From positions 82,937 through 146,936 of the forward strand of contig CAZIUE010000010.1 of NCBI GenBank assembly GCA_964542535.1: a DNA stretch of 64,000 nt, given 5' to 3'. Under the pieces are notes generated by a model that worked only from the letters and a program-made list of their open reading frames with translations, was not told the DNA's origin and searched no databases. Of this stretch, positions 39,845-49,189 are shown in pieces (positions within the stretch are counted from its first letter, which is position 1; every line of letters starts with the position of its first letter). The translations under genes and the position numbers were made by a program. The stretch comes from an uncultured Pelobacter sp. (GTDB taxonomy: Bacteria > Desulfobacterota > Desulfuromonadia > Geobacterales > Pseudopelobacteraceae).

Positions 39845-40006
39845 GTGATGGCTCCCCTGCTTTCGGAACGTGAAACGGAACTGTGGGTCAGGATAGTATT
39901 TCCGTGTACCGATGGCAAGCACGGCAGTCACGGGACGAGGCGGCAACGAAGAGGCCCTGGAACGCTTTTGTCGTCCAGGGCCCCGTTTCCAGGCTGTGTT
40001 TCGGGG

Positions 40007-40777
40007 TTACAGGCCGATCACGTTGTAGCCGCAATCGACGTAGTGCACCTCGCCGGTAACGGCGTTGGCCAGGTCGCTCACCAGGTAGATCGCCGAGCCG
40101 GCCACGTCCTCCTGGGTCGTGTTGCGTCGTAGGGGAGCCTTGCTCTCCACCTGGTTGAGGATATGCACGAAGCCGCTGACCCCGGCCGAGGCCAGGGTCC
40201 GGATGGGGCCGGCCGAGATGGCGTTGACCCGGATCCCCTCGGGACCCAGGGCTTCGGAGAGGTAGCGCACCGACGCTTCCAGGGCAGCCTTGGCTACCCC
40301 CATGACGTTATAGTTGGGGAACACCTTCCGGGCGCCGTGATAGGTGAGGGTCAGAGCGGCTGCGTTACGCCCCTGCATCATGGTGTGGGCTTCCTTCAGT
40401 ATGGCGATGAAGGAGTAGGCGCTGATGTCCAGTGCGGTGGCGAAGCCTTCTCTGGTGGTGTTGAGGATGGTTCCCTTGAGTTCTTCCTTGTTGGCAAAGG
40501 CAACGGCGTGGATGATGATGTCGATGCCGTCCCATACGGTGGAGAGTTCGCTGATTACCGCTTTGATGTCCTCGTCGCTGGTGAGGTTGCAGGGGAGGAT
40601 CTTGGTTGCGTTCAGGGATTCCGCCAGGGGACGAACCCGTTTTTCCAGTGCCTCTCCGGCATAGGTGACGGCCAGTTCGGCTCCCTGACGGTGCAGCGCC
40701 TGCGCGATGGCCCAGGCGATGCTCTTGTCGTTGGCGATGCCGAAGATGAGCGCTTTCTTGCCCTGTAACAATGACAT
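40007..40777 (-). CDS. fabI: enoyl-ACP reductase FabI
   Basis: GIANDKSIAW, YNVMGVAKAALE, SAGPIRTLA. Confidence 0.95.
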   Translation of the reverse strand: MSLLQGKKALIFGIANDKSIAWAIAQALHRQGAELAVTYAGEALEKRVRPLAESLNATKILPCNLTSDEDIKAVISELSTVWDGIDIIIHAVAFANKEELKGTILNTTREGFATALDISAYSFIAILKEAHTMMQGRNAAALTLTYHGARKVFPNYNVMGVAKAALEASVRYLSEALGPEGIRVNAISAGPIRTLASAGVSGFVHILNQVESKAPLRRNTTQEDVAGSAIYLVSDLANAVTGEVHYVDCGYNVIGL

Positions 40778-40850
40778 AGATGTTCTATCCTCCGGAGTGA
40801 GATAATGTGCTCATGGACGGTGCGCGTAAACGGCGGGAGAACGGCGGACT

Positions 40851-41105
40851 TCAGAGCACCGTCCGGACGTTGGGGGCCGGGGGCAGGGGAGGGGTGCCGG
40901 CGGGACGCTCCGGCGCCCCAAGGGGCAGGGCCGAGAGCCGGGCCTCGATGCCGTCCAGGCGCTTTTCGATCCCGGTCAGCACCTCCAGCGTCCGATCCAG
41001 CTTTCCCTTGATGGCGAAGACCACGAACGGCGTGACCAACAGCACTACTGCCATGAAAAAACAGAGGATGCTCATCATTACCGCGAATCCGCCCAGAATT
41101 TCCAT
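40851..41105 (-). CDS. small membrane protein with coiled coil
   Basis: N-terminal TM followed by a heptad segment; SD-like GGAG upstream. Confidence 0.6.
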   Translation of the reverse strand: MEILGGFAVMMSILCFFMAVVLLVTPFVVFAIKGKLDRTLEVLTGIEKRLDGIEARLSALPLGAPERPAGTPPLPPAPNVRTVL

Positions 41106-41296
41106 GCACATCTCCCGTCCCTGTTGCGTGGAACGTCTATAGCATAGAGATGGTCAAATGTTAATAACAAATCGGCAGATCGGCCCGGAATGCCTGATTG
41201 TTCCGGCGATTTGGAACCCGGGGTGCGAAAAGCGGTGAATGTCGCCGCGAGTTGTGCTATTTTGCCACGGTTATTTTTTCATGCAAAGGGTACCAC

Positions 41297-41917
41297 GTGA
41301 ATCTGATCCCCATTACCTCCCCCCGCTTCCTCGCTCCGGAACAGGTGACCGCCATGCCTGACTGGCGCCTGATCTTTGGAAACGACAACCCGCTGGCCCT
41401 GGAAATCGGCTGTGGCATGGGCGACTTCATGGCCCAGGTGGCGCAGCTCCACCCGGACTGGAATTTCATCGCCATCGATTACTACAACAAGGGATGCCTC
41501 AAGACCTGCAAGCGCATCGATGGCCTGGAATTGGACAACGTGCGGGTGGTTCGGGATGAGGCGCGCTCGTTCATGACCCGTTGTATCCCCCCCCGGTCGT
41601 TACGGACGGTGGTTATCAACTGTCCCGACCCCTGGCCCAAGCTGCGTCACCGCAAACGCAGGCTGGTGAATGCCGGATTCGTGACCTTTCTGGCGGATTA
41701 CATGCTGCCCGGAGGAGACTTTCACTTTGCCACCGATTTCGACGACTACGGCGAAGACGTGGCCCGGATGATGCCGGGAATCGACGGATTTGAAAACGCC
41801 CTGACCCCTGACCTGTTCCGGCACACGCGGGAACAGTATCCCTTGTCCAAATACATGAAAAAATTCATGACCGAAGGGAAACGGATCTACTTCGTCCATT
41901 ATCGCAGAACGGTCTGA
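41297..41917 (+). CDS. trmB: tRNA (guanine-N7)-methyltransferase TrmB
   Basis: [27 protein letters not shown]; start uncertain (GTG 41297). Confidence 0.88.
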   Translation: MNLIPITSPRFLAPEQVTAMPDWRLIFGNDNPLALEIGCGMGDFMAQVAQLHPDWNFIAIDYYNKGCLKTCKRIDGLELDNVRVVRDEARSFMTRCIPPRSLRTVVINCPDPWPKLRHRKRRLVNAGFVTFLADYMLPGGDFHFATDFDDYGEDVARMMPGIDGFENALTPDLFRHTREQYPLSKYMKKFMTEGKRIYFVHYRRTV

Positions 41918-41962
41918 GGCGGGCGGCTAGGGTCGCTCTCCCGGTGTGTGTCGTGCGTCTCC

Positions 41963-42817
41963 ATGTCTGAACGGTACGTCGAAAAATCGTTTCTCTATCT
42001 GCTGGTCCTGTCGCTCCTGCTGCATGTGGGAGCGTTTGCCCTGCTTGTGTACCTGCCCGGCGAGAAACCGCAACCTCCCAGGGAGCCGGTCTTCATCGAT
42101 TTGCAAGAGATGCCGGGAGCGCCCGTTACCCCTGCTCCGGCGCGCCCTGAAGTAGAGGTGAAACGGCGCTCGGATGCGAGGAGACGCGTGGAGCGTGAAC
42201 GTGCGCCACGGGGCAGCGACAGCGTTGATCGCGGCGCGCGGCCGTCATCGCCGTCCGCCCGTCCCGCTCCGGGACGGGGCGCGGGCTCGGCCTCCCCTAT
42301 TCTGCCGGGAACAGGGCGGCCTCGGGAGGAGAGCGCTGGAGTGGAATCGCCGGTGGCGGGTCTTCTGAAGCGCCGTTCTCCTGCCGGGCGTTCCGGCGGA
42401 CCGCCCTCCCTCTACCCGGGTTCCCGGGGGATGGCCAGGCTGGAGGACAATTATCGCCGCAGGTTCGAAAAGGATGTGGCCGAGGGGGACACCGCGTTCC
42501 TCAACACCGACGACATCCGCTTCGGTTCCTTTCTGCGTCGTTTCGAGACTTCGGTCTACGGTGTCTGGCGCTATCCAGCGGAGGCCTCCCGAAACGGTAT
42601 TCAGGGGGTTACGCCGGTCAGGATCACCTTCAACCGGGAGGGAAAGGTCGTTCATGTGGAACTTCTGAATAGTTCGGGAGCACAGGTGCTGGATGATGAA
42701 GTGTTCCGCACCCTGCGAATGATCGGCCCGGTGGGGGGCTTCCCCCGGGGATACGACAAGGACGAGTTCCACCTGATAGCATTCTTCCAGTACGGTATGA
42801 CAAGGAAACTGAGATGA
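41963..42817 (+). CDS. energy transducer TonB family protein
   Basis: TM with SLLLH, Pro-rich linker, C-terminal YP..A...GIQG...SSG..VLD. Confidence 0.8.
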   Translation: MSERYVEKSFLYLLVLSLLLHVGAFALLVYLPGEKPQPPREPVFIDLQEMPGAPVTPAPARPEVEVKRRSDARRRVERERAPRGSDSVDRGARPSSPSARPAPGRGAGSASPILPGTGRPREESAGVESPVAGLLKRRSPAGRSGGPPSLYPGSRGMARLEDNYRRRFEKDVAEGDTAFLNTDDIRFGSFLRRFETSVYGVWRYPAEASRNGIQGVTPVRITFNREGKVVHVELLNSSGAQVLDDEVFRTLRMIGPVGGFPRGYDKDEFHLIAFFQYGMTRKLR

Positions 42818-44205
42818 GCATCAACGGCTTCCTGATCGCCGCTCCCCAGAGCGGCAGCGGCAAGACCACCGTCTCCTTGGCCATCATGGCCGCGCTCACG
42901 CGACGGGGGCTGGTGGTTGCCCCGTTCAAGTGCGGGCCTGACTTCATCGATCCGGGCTATCACCGCTTGGCCTGCGGCCACGATTCCATCAACCTGGATG
43001 GCTGGATGTGCCCGGAAACATTTGTTGCGTCCACCTTCCGTCTCCATGCCGCGGCCGCCGATTTGGCCGTGATCGAAGCGGTCATGGGGCTCTTCGACGG
43101 CCTGGGAGCCTCCCCCCGCCAGGGGAGCAGCGCCCAGATCGCCGCCATCTGCGGCGCGCCGGTGGTGCTGGTGGTCAACGCCCGCGGCATGGCGGCCAGC
43201 GCCGCCCCCCTGGTCAAGGGGTTTGCCGAGTTCGATCCCTCCGTCAGGCTGGCCGGGGTGATCTTCAACAACGTTGGCAGCAGTGCCCATGCCGAGCTCT
43301 TGGCGCGGGTCATGGCCGAGTCTCTGCCTGGAATCGCTCTGTTCGGCTGCATTCCCCGGGACGAGGCTCTCGCGATCCCTTCCCGCCACCTGGGACTGGT
43401 CACGGCGGAGGATAACCCCCTGTCACGGGAATATCTTGACCGCCTGGCCGATCTGGCCGAGAAACATCTCGATCTGGTGGGGCTGGCGGGGCTGTGCATC
43501 GATATCGCCCCCGAAACGGTGGGGGCTCCTGTCGCTTCCGCAGCGGGGGAGACTCCCGTGCGCCTGGCCGTAGCCCGGGATGCGGCCTTCTGCTTCGTCT
43601 ACCAGGATAACCTGCGCCTGCTGCGGGAGGCGGGGGCTGAGCTGCAGTTCTTCTCTCCGCTCACGGACCGCGCTCTTCCCGAGGGGAGCAGCGGGGTCTA
43701 CCTGCCGGGCGGCTACCCCGAGCTGTACGCCGAACGGCTGGCCGCCAATCTCCCCATGCTGGACTCCCTGCGTTCCGCGGCGTGGCAGGGGATGCCGCTG
43801 TACGCCGAGTGCGGCGGCCTGATCTATCTCACCCAGGGGATGGAAGATTCCCGGGGCGCACCCCTGGCCGATTTTGCCGGCATCTTTCCGGTGCGGGCAC
43901 GCATGCTTCCCCGGCGCAAGGCTTTGGGGTATCGCCAGGTGGAATTTCAGGTGGATTCCCTTCTTGGTGGCCGGGGGGAAGTTGCCCGGGGCCACGAGTT
44001 TCACTACTCGGAGATCAGTTCCATGCCGGAAGAGGTGACCCGCATCTATCGGGTGACGCGGCGGGGGAACGACCTCGGGCTGGAGGGGTACTCCCTGGGC
44101 AACTGCCTGGCTTCCTATGTGCACCTGCACTTCGGCAGCAACCCCCGCCTGGCCCCCTCCCTGGTGGCCGCCTGCAAGAGCTTTGTGACGTCCCGCATGC
44201 CATAG
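42814..44205 (+). CDS. cbiA: cobyrinate a,c-diamide synthase
   Basis: [45 protein letters not shown]. Confidence 0.92.
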   Translation: MSINGFLIAAPQSGSGKTTVSLAIMAALTRRGLVVAPFKCGPDFIDPGYHRLACGHDSINLDGWMCPETFVASTFRLHAAAADLAVIEAVMGLFDGLGASPRQGSSAQIAAICGAPVVLVVNARGMAASAAPLVKGFAEFDPSVRLAGVIFNNVGSSAHAELLARVMAESLPGIALFGCIPRDEALAIPSRHLGLVTAEDNPLSREYLDRLADLAEKHLDLVGLAGLCIDIAPETVGAPVASAAGETPVRLAVARDAAFCFVYQDNLRLLREAGAELQFFSPLTDRALPEGSSGVYLPGGYPELYAERLAANLPMLDSLRSAAWQGMPLYAECGGLIYLTQGMEDSRGAPLADFAGIFPVRARMLPRRKALGYRQVEFQVDSLLGGRGEVARGHEFHYSEISSMPEEVTRIYRVTRRGNDLGLEGYSLGNCLASYVHLHFGSNPRLAPSLVAACKSFVTSRMP

Positions 44206-44445
44206 GCCGGTTCCTGGTATCTCCAGGCCGCGGCATGGGGGCGTCGATCCGATTGTCCGGTACGGGGCACGAGCCGCTCCGGGCGTGCCGATGCTGGCCG
44301 CGCTCTCTTTTTGACGAGCGTGGCGGGTCAGTGGTCAGTGAAAACGAACATTTTAACTAAAAAAAACACGTTGCTCTCCCGGGGTGGTTACGCTCCGGCT
44401 TGATCCCACCTGAATTTCCCCCTCATACTGTTTTAATATTTTAAA

Positions 44446-44572
44446 AATCAATTGATTGTATGCTTGTTTGTTCTGAGATGGGCTCTCATGTCACGAGTGT
44501 CGAGGTGTGCCCTCCTTTGGAGCGGTGTTGTGCTCGGTGTTCTGAGGGTGGTTGTGGTATAAGTTTTTGATT
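44446..44572. promoter_or_regulatory. two IHF-consensus sites in AT-rich upstream region
   Basis: AATCAA-TTGA-TTG at 44446-44458 (+) and AATCAA-AAAC-TTA at 44560-44572 (-), both matching WATCAAN4TTR. Confidence 0.45.
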
Positions 44573-44790
44573 TGTATGGCTTTTTTGTTGTGGGTGCGTC
44601 GTTGTTAAGCTGGTTTTTGGCTGCTGCGACAGGTGCGTAAACTGTGACACATGCCACATTTTTACGTGCTATTTGCTGGTAGTGTTGCACGTAACGATCA
44701 CAAAACAACAAAAAAGATCTCAAATAAACGTATCAGGTGGTGCGCAGGCGGAATAAAAAGCGATCGACGCGTACCGCATACAATTGTAGA

Positions 44791-44874
44791 GACGACGATA
44801 ATACTAAACCATTCGCGAGAATGGGACGGAAAGCCTACAGGGTCTCACCGAGACAGCCGGGTTGCCGAAATGTC
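44791..44874 (+). ncRNA. GEMM-Ib riboswitch (c-AMP-GMP / 3'3'-cGAMP variant of c-di-GMP-I)
   Basis: AATACTAAACCATTC-GCGA-GAATGGGACGGAAAGCCTACAGGGTCTC...GAGACAGCCGGGTTGCCGAAAT; A at the G20-equivalent position (44803). Confidence 0.9.
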
Positions 44875-44911
44875 CAGCACTAGACGAGATATTTTCGGCC
44901 CCGGCTTTTTT
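44856..44911 (+). terminator. riboswitch-linked intrinsic terminator
   Basis: GCCGGG..GCCGAAATGTC pairs with GATA.TTTCGGCCCCGGC, followed by T6; overlaps the aptamer 3' strand. Confidence 0.8.
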
Positions 44912-45031
44912 GCGTCCGGAGGTGTGTTGTGATGACATGGGGCGAGGAGGGTACATGAAGAATAACGACGGCAGTTTGATAACGCATGATTCGGGAGGTG
45001 GGACGACGGAAACGAGCGGAACTGGTAGTAC

Positions 45032-45123
45032 GCCTGAAAAGGGCAAACCATTCGAAAGGGTGGGACGCAAAACCACTGGTCTAAATCCTGGGACTTCAGG
45101 ACATGACGGCAGGGCTGCCGGGC
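45032..45123 (+). ncRNA. c-di-GMP-I (GEMM-I) riboswitch
   Basis: AAAAGGGCAAACCATTC-GAAA-GGGTGGGACGCAAA...GGTCTAA...GGGCTGCC; P1 GCCTG/CGGGC; G at position 20 (45042). Confidence 0.88.
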
Positions 45124-45185
45124 TTAAGCAGTACCTCCTTGTGAGGTGCGGTTTGCTCAGGCACGGACAACAAGGAGAGAAAAGA

Positions 45186-46211
45186 ATGAAATCATGTACA
45201 GCAGTTTCAACAAAATCAGGACTGGTAATTATCCCGGGGTTGGTGCGGGCCGCACTGTTAGCCCTTGTCGCCGCAACCCTCGTCTGCCCTGCGCGGGCCC
45301 GTGCGGGACAGGCAACCCTCGCCTGGTCCGGCACGACGGATCAGAATGTTGCCGGGTACAAGCTGTACTACAGCAACAGCTCGGGTACGTACTCACAATC
45401 TGTGGACGTTGGAAACACGACAAGTTATACTATTAAAAACCTGACTGATGGAAAAACTTACTACTTTGCCGCTGCCGCCTATGATGTATCCGGAAATCAG
45501 AGTGATTATTCCAACGAGGTGAGCAAGAGTATTCCGGTGGTTCAGTATACGGTAAACGCCGGCGCGGGAACAGGTGGGACGATATCACCTTCGGGTTCGG
45601 TGTCCGTCAGTTCAGGTGCAAGCCAGTCATTCTCCATAAGCCCCGCGACGGGGTACAAGATAGCGGATGTGGAGGTTGATGGCGCATCGATCGGTGCGGT
45701 CAGCAGCTATACATTCAGTAATGTTACCGCCAGCCATTCCATTTCCGCAACCTTCTCGGCCCAGGCGGTCTCAATTACCCCCCACTGGAACGATGCGACG
45801 ACAGCCAAAACGGCCCTGCTTTCGGCTAATCCGAATTACATGATGTGGAGCCCCGTTGTCGCGGATGCCACGGCAAAGGTAACGAGTCTGCGGGTGAGCG
45901 TCGGTCTCTACGGTACGTCATCACAGGTCAGGTTGGCGCTCTACGACAAGAGCGGCAAAAAATTGACCGAGGGGGTCGGGACCGTATCTTCGACAGGGTA
46001 CAAATCCGTCAGCGTCCCTTCCGTGAGTGTTACCAAAGGGTACACCTATTACGTGGCCGTTCAGCCATCCTCCAGCCAACTGAAGAGTATTGACTGCGGT
46101 GCGAAAACAGGAGGTTTTGCGGCAAAAAACAGTTATTCCAAGGGACTCCCGGCAACATTACCCCGTGGATGGTCAGGCGAACTGCTTACCTCGGGCATGT
46201 ACATCCAGTAG
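45186..46211 (+). CDS. secreted FN3-domain protein with InlB-B-repeat-like and C-terminal beta-sandwich domains
   Basis: AAGGAG SD; signal peptide ending ARA; ATLAW..GYKLYY..YYFAAAAYD.SGNQS.YSNE; YTV..AG.GG.ISPSG...GY.I.DV.VDG repeat. Confidence 0.8.
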   Translation: MKSCTAVSTKSGLVIIPGLVRAALLALVAATLVCPARARAGQATLAWSGTTDQNVAGYKLYYSNSSGTYSQSVDVGNTTSYTIKNLTDGKTYYFAAAAYDVSGNQSDYSNEVSKSIPVVQYTVNAGAGTGGTISPSGSVSVSSGASQSFSISPATGYKIADVEVDGASIGAVSSYTFSNVTASHSISATFSAQAVSITPHWNDATTAKTALLSANPNYMMWSPVVADATAKVTSLRVSVGLYGTSSQVRLALYDKSGKKLTEGVGTVSSTGYKSVSVPSVSVTKGYTYYVAVQPSSSQLKSIDCGAKTGGFAAKNSYSKGLPATLPRGWSGELLTSGMYIQ

Positions 46212-46318
46212 CGGTAACGAGCATACTCGTTGTTGCAACGAAAACCGGCGCGGGCTGTGGTTTCTTGCCCCGTGAAGAGAAGTCGAACCAGTGAAGCTTG
46301 ATTGTGAGGAGCATATCC

Positions 46319-47935
46319 ATGAAACGCAAAAAAAATGTCAGCAAGCCGGGAATCCTTTTGTTTACACTCCTGCTGTGCGGCGCGACAACCCATGTTTGGG
46401 CGGCAACCTATTATGTGGACGCCGTAAATGGTAACGACAGCTATTCCGGCACCCAGACGGCACCCTGGCGTTCCATTGCGAAAGTCAAGGCAACCGCGCT
46501 TAAGGCCGGGGATGCCGTGTATTTCAAGTCGGGGGGGAGCTGGGACGAGTTGCTTGTGCCTGCTTCGGGAGTGAGTGGAACACCGGTGGTGTATGGAGCC
46601 TATGGCACGGGAAACAGGCCGGTTATCCGTGGGTTAAGCGCTGATAACAAGTCCTATGTGCGCATCGACGGCCTCAGCTTCAAAAACGGCAGTTATAATC
46701 ATCCGGTTCTGATAACCAACTCGTCCCATCACATAAGTATTTATAATTGCGACATCATTGCCGATACTTCCAATTCGACCTGGGCAGCCCTGTATATTTT
46801 GAACAACTCCCATCATAACGAGGTTGTCGGCTGTACCATTGAGCATCTCAATACCGGCCGGCAATCCGATGCCGTTAATTTGCGGCTGAACGCCAATTAC
46901 AATCTTATCAAGAACAACAAGATCGGCTCCGCTACCCACTACGCCCTTTCCCTGGAAGGAAACAATGCCACCTATCCCGGGTATACATGCAACTACAACA
47001 TCATCATGAATAACGTAATCAACAACCCTAATGGAGCCCAGATGAGCCTCCAGTCTGAGGCGTCTAATAACGTCGTGGATAGCAACGTCATCACCGGCGG
47101 CAAGAGTACCACGTACTGCGCCAACCTGCCGAGAGCCTTTAAAAACGTGAGCAGGAACAACATTATACGCAGGAACGTCATTAGGGACAACATGGAGACC
47201 ACGGGGAGTGGCCTGGGAACGGAGGTGTATGCCTATACCGACTATCCCGCCAACATCGCAACGGGCAATCGTATTTACAGCAACCTGATAACCAATATTT
47301 ACAGGTACCCCATCGTTATGGCCACAAACGGGGATGCGGGGGCGACAGCCTACAACAATATATACAAAAATAACGTTATTTATAATAACGTGTCATCGTA
47401 CCAGGCCGTGATTCAAGCCCACTCGGCGATCAAGGATAACTATTTTCAGAACAACCTGTTTTATCGCTCTGGCGTTACGAACGTGCTGAGTATCGGTGGT
47501 GTAGGGAAAAGCGTTGCTGGTGCCGAATCAGGCGATCCCCTGCACTGGAAGGGTAATATCCAGAAGGACCCGTACCTCGGTGTCGATTACCAGCCGTTGT
47601 CCGGTTCTCCCTGTGTTGATGGAGGTGAACATCTGGCTTCTGTCACGAGCGCAAGTGGTTCCGGCATGACGTTAACGGTATCTGATGCCAGGTATTTCAC
47701 CGATGGCTATGGTGTTGTCCAGGGAGATACGATACGGGTCGGAAAAATGACGGCAACGATTTCATCAATAAACTACTCTACCAATACCATTACCCTGAAG
47801 GAGTCGATCGCGTGGCAACAAGGTGATCCGGTGAATCTGCCGTTTTCGGGCAGCAAGCCGGATATCGGGGCATACGAGTTTGCCGATCAGGGGTCAACGC
47901 TTCTCCCCCCCCTGAATCTGAAAGTTATCCAGTAA
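46319..47935 (+). CDS. secreted right-handed parallel beta-helix protein (polysaccharide lyase / adhesin-like)
   Basis: Signal peptide; YYVD...GND..SG....PW.SI; Asn-ladder repeats; GSPCVDGG...PDIGAYEF; terminal PPLNLKVIQ. Confidence 0.8.
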   Translation: MKRKKNVSKPGILLFTLLLCGATTHVWAATYYVDAVNGNDSYSGTQTAPWRSIAKVKATALKAGDAVYFKSGGSWDELLVPASGVSGTPVVYGAYGTGNRPVIRGLSADNKSYVRIDGLSFKNGSYNHPVLITNSSHHISIYNCDIIADTSNSTWAALYILNNSHHNEVVGCTIEHLNTGRQSDAVNLRLNANYNLIKNNKIGSATHYALSLEGNNATYPGYTCNYNIIMNNVINNPNGAQMSLQSEASNNVVDSNVITGGKSTTYCANLPRAFKNVSRNNIIRRNVIRDNMETTGSGLGTEVYAYTDYPANIATGNRIYSNLITNIYRYPIVMATNGDAGATAYNNIYKNNVIYNNVSSYQAVIQAHSAIKDNYFQNNLFYRSGVTNVLSIGGVGKSVAGAESGDPLHWKGNIQKDPYLGVDYQPLSGSPCVDGGEHLASVTSASGSGMTLTVSDARYFTDGYGVVQGDTIRVGKMTATISSINYSTNTITLKESIAWQQGDPVNLPFSGSKPDIGAYEFADQGSTLLPPLNLKVIQ

Positions 47936-48019
47936 CAGACTGCACTATTCCATCCACGGTGTTCGTGTCGTAACGAGGGGAATCTGAATTGATTCCCCTC
48001 GTTTTGTTTGACGACACCG

Positions 48020-49162
48020 CTACGCCGGGTCGGCATGAACAAGCATACTCAGGGCATAGAACATCCAGGCCTGTGACCACCGCATATAGGGGATGCGGTT
48101 CGTATACCATCGAGTTTTCTGATAGTAAAAATAGCCATGTTCATCCTGCATGTTGTCGATTGCCCATTCAGCTATGTCCTGTGCAAGGTGTATGCTGTCG
48201 CTGCGATGGCGGGACAAGGTGACAAGCGTAATTATCCCCTGCGCGGAACAGTGAATATCAATCGGATAAAGGGAGTCGTTATAGTATTTGGGGCACCCGT
48301 TGTTCAGCCAGAAGGTTCTCAGGTAGTAGTCGTAGGCATTGGTGAACTCCCGTTGCCACTGATATTCTCCGGTATATTCCATCCACTGTCCCAGGGAAAC
48401 GAGGTTGAAGCCGGTATGGAAGCTGTCGATGAATGGCCGTTTTTCAGCGTAAGGCCACGAATAATCTCTGCCCAGGGCCTGTAACGCAAAGAGCATCGCT
48501 TTTTTTGATTTCTCGTAGAGAACCCGGTCCCCGCTTTTATGAAAAACTCTTGCGAGCGCAGTGGCCGCGAGCATGTTTATGTTGTAGACGATGCTTCGAC
48601 TGCCCGGCATGTAACGGAAGCAGAGTGTTTCGCTATTCTCGAAGAAAATGAGGTTGTCGAGGACGAACCTGCAAGCGCGTTCAGCGATCTCCAGATAATT
48701 TCGGTCTCCCGTACGGTCGTAATAGTCCAGTAAAGCGTTGACGGAGAAGACGGTGGCAACCATGTTGGGCGTGTGTTTCGGAGTCAGAAATCTCCTCGCC
48801 TGCCAGTCAAAATTATATCCCCAACACGGGGCCTGGTAACCGGGTGAAGCCAACCCCATGAGAAGTTCGATAAGCTGTTTCGCCTCATCGTTTTTTTCCG
48901 CCAGCAGCAAACCGGAGATAAAAAGTGCTACTCCCTTCGGGTTGAAGCCTTTTGGAACGATGGTGATGTTTCTGAAATTGACTGGTGAGCGTTTGAACAG
49001 TTGAATCCATGCCAGACGGAGCAGGTAGGAATGGTGGAAAAGCGGGTTGTCGACAATCCGTGCATTGAGTCCGTCGTAGTTGTCCCAGCCCTGATAACGC
49101 TCCTTCCGGCAATAGGCGTACAGGGCGTTAAAGGAGTTTTGGATTTTACGTGTTTTGTTCAT
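48020..49162 (-). CDS. EPS-cluster protein of probable (alpha/alpha)6 barrel type, function unknown
   Basis: WGYNFDWQ, PN.VAT, IDSFHTGFNL, YPIDIH, DEHGYFYYQ, YMRWSQAW. Confidence 0.65.
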   Translation of the reverse strand: MNKTRKIQNSFNALYAYCRKERYQGWDNYDGLNARIVDNPLFHHSYLLRLAWIQLFKRSPVNFRNITIVPKGFNPKGVALFISGLLLAEKNDEAKQLIELLMGLASPGYQAPCWGYNFDWQARRFLTPKHTPNMVATVFSVNALLDYYDRTGDRNYLEIAERACRFVLDNLIFFENSETLCFRYMPGSRSIVYNINMLAATALARVFHKSGDRVLYEKSKKAMLFALQALGRDYSWPYAEKRPFIDSFHTGFNLVSLGQWMEYTGEYQWQREFTNAYDYYLRTFWLNNGCPKYYNDSLYPIDIHCSAQGIITLVTLSRHRSDSIHLAQDIAEWAIDNMQDEHGYFYYQKTRWYTNRIPYMRWSQAWMFYALSMLVHADPA

Positions 49163-49189
49163 GGCACCACACCCCGATCCGGCCCGGAT

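Noticed and set aside
44661..44677. sigma54 promoter upstream of the riboswitches (TTACGTGCTATTTGCT)
   Set aside because: TTGC -12 is present but the invariant GG at -24 is missing
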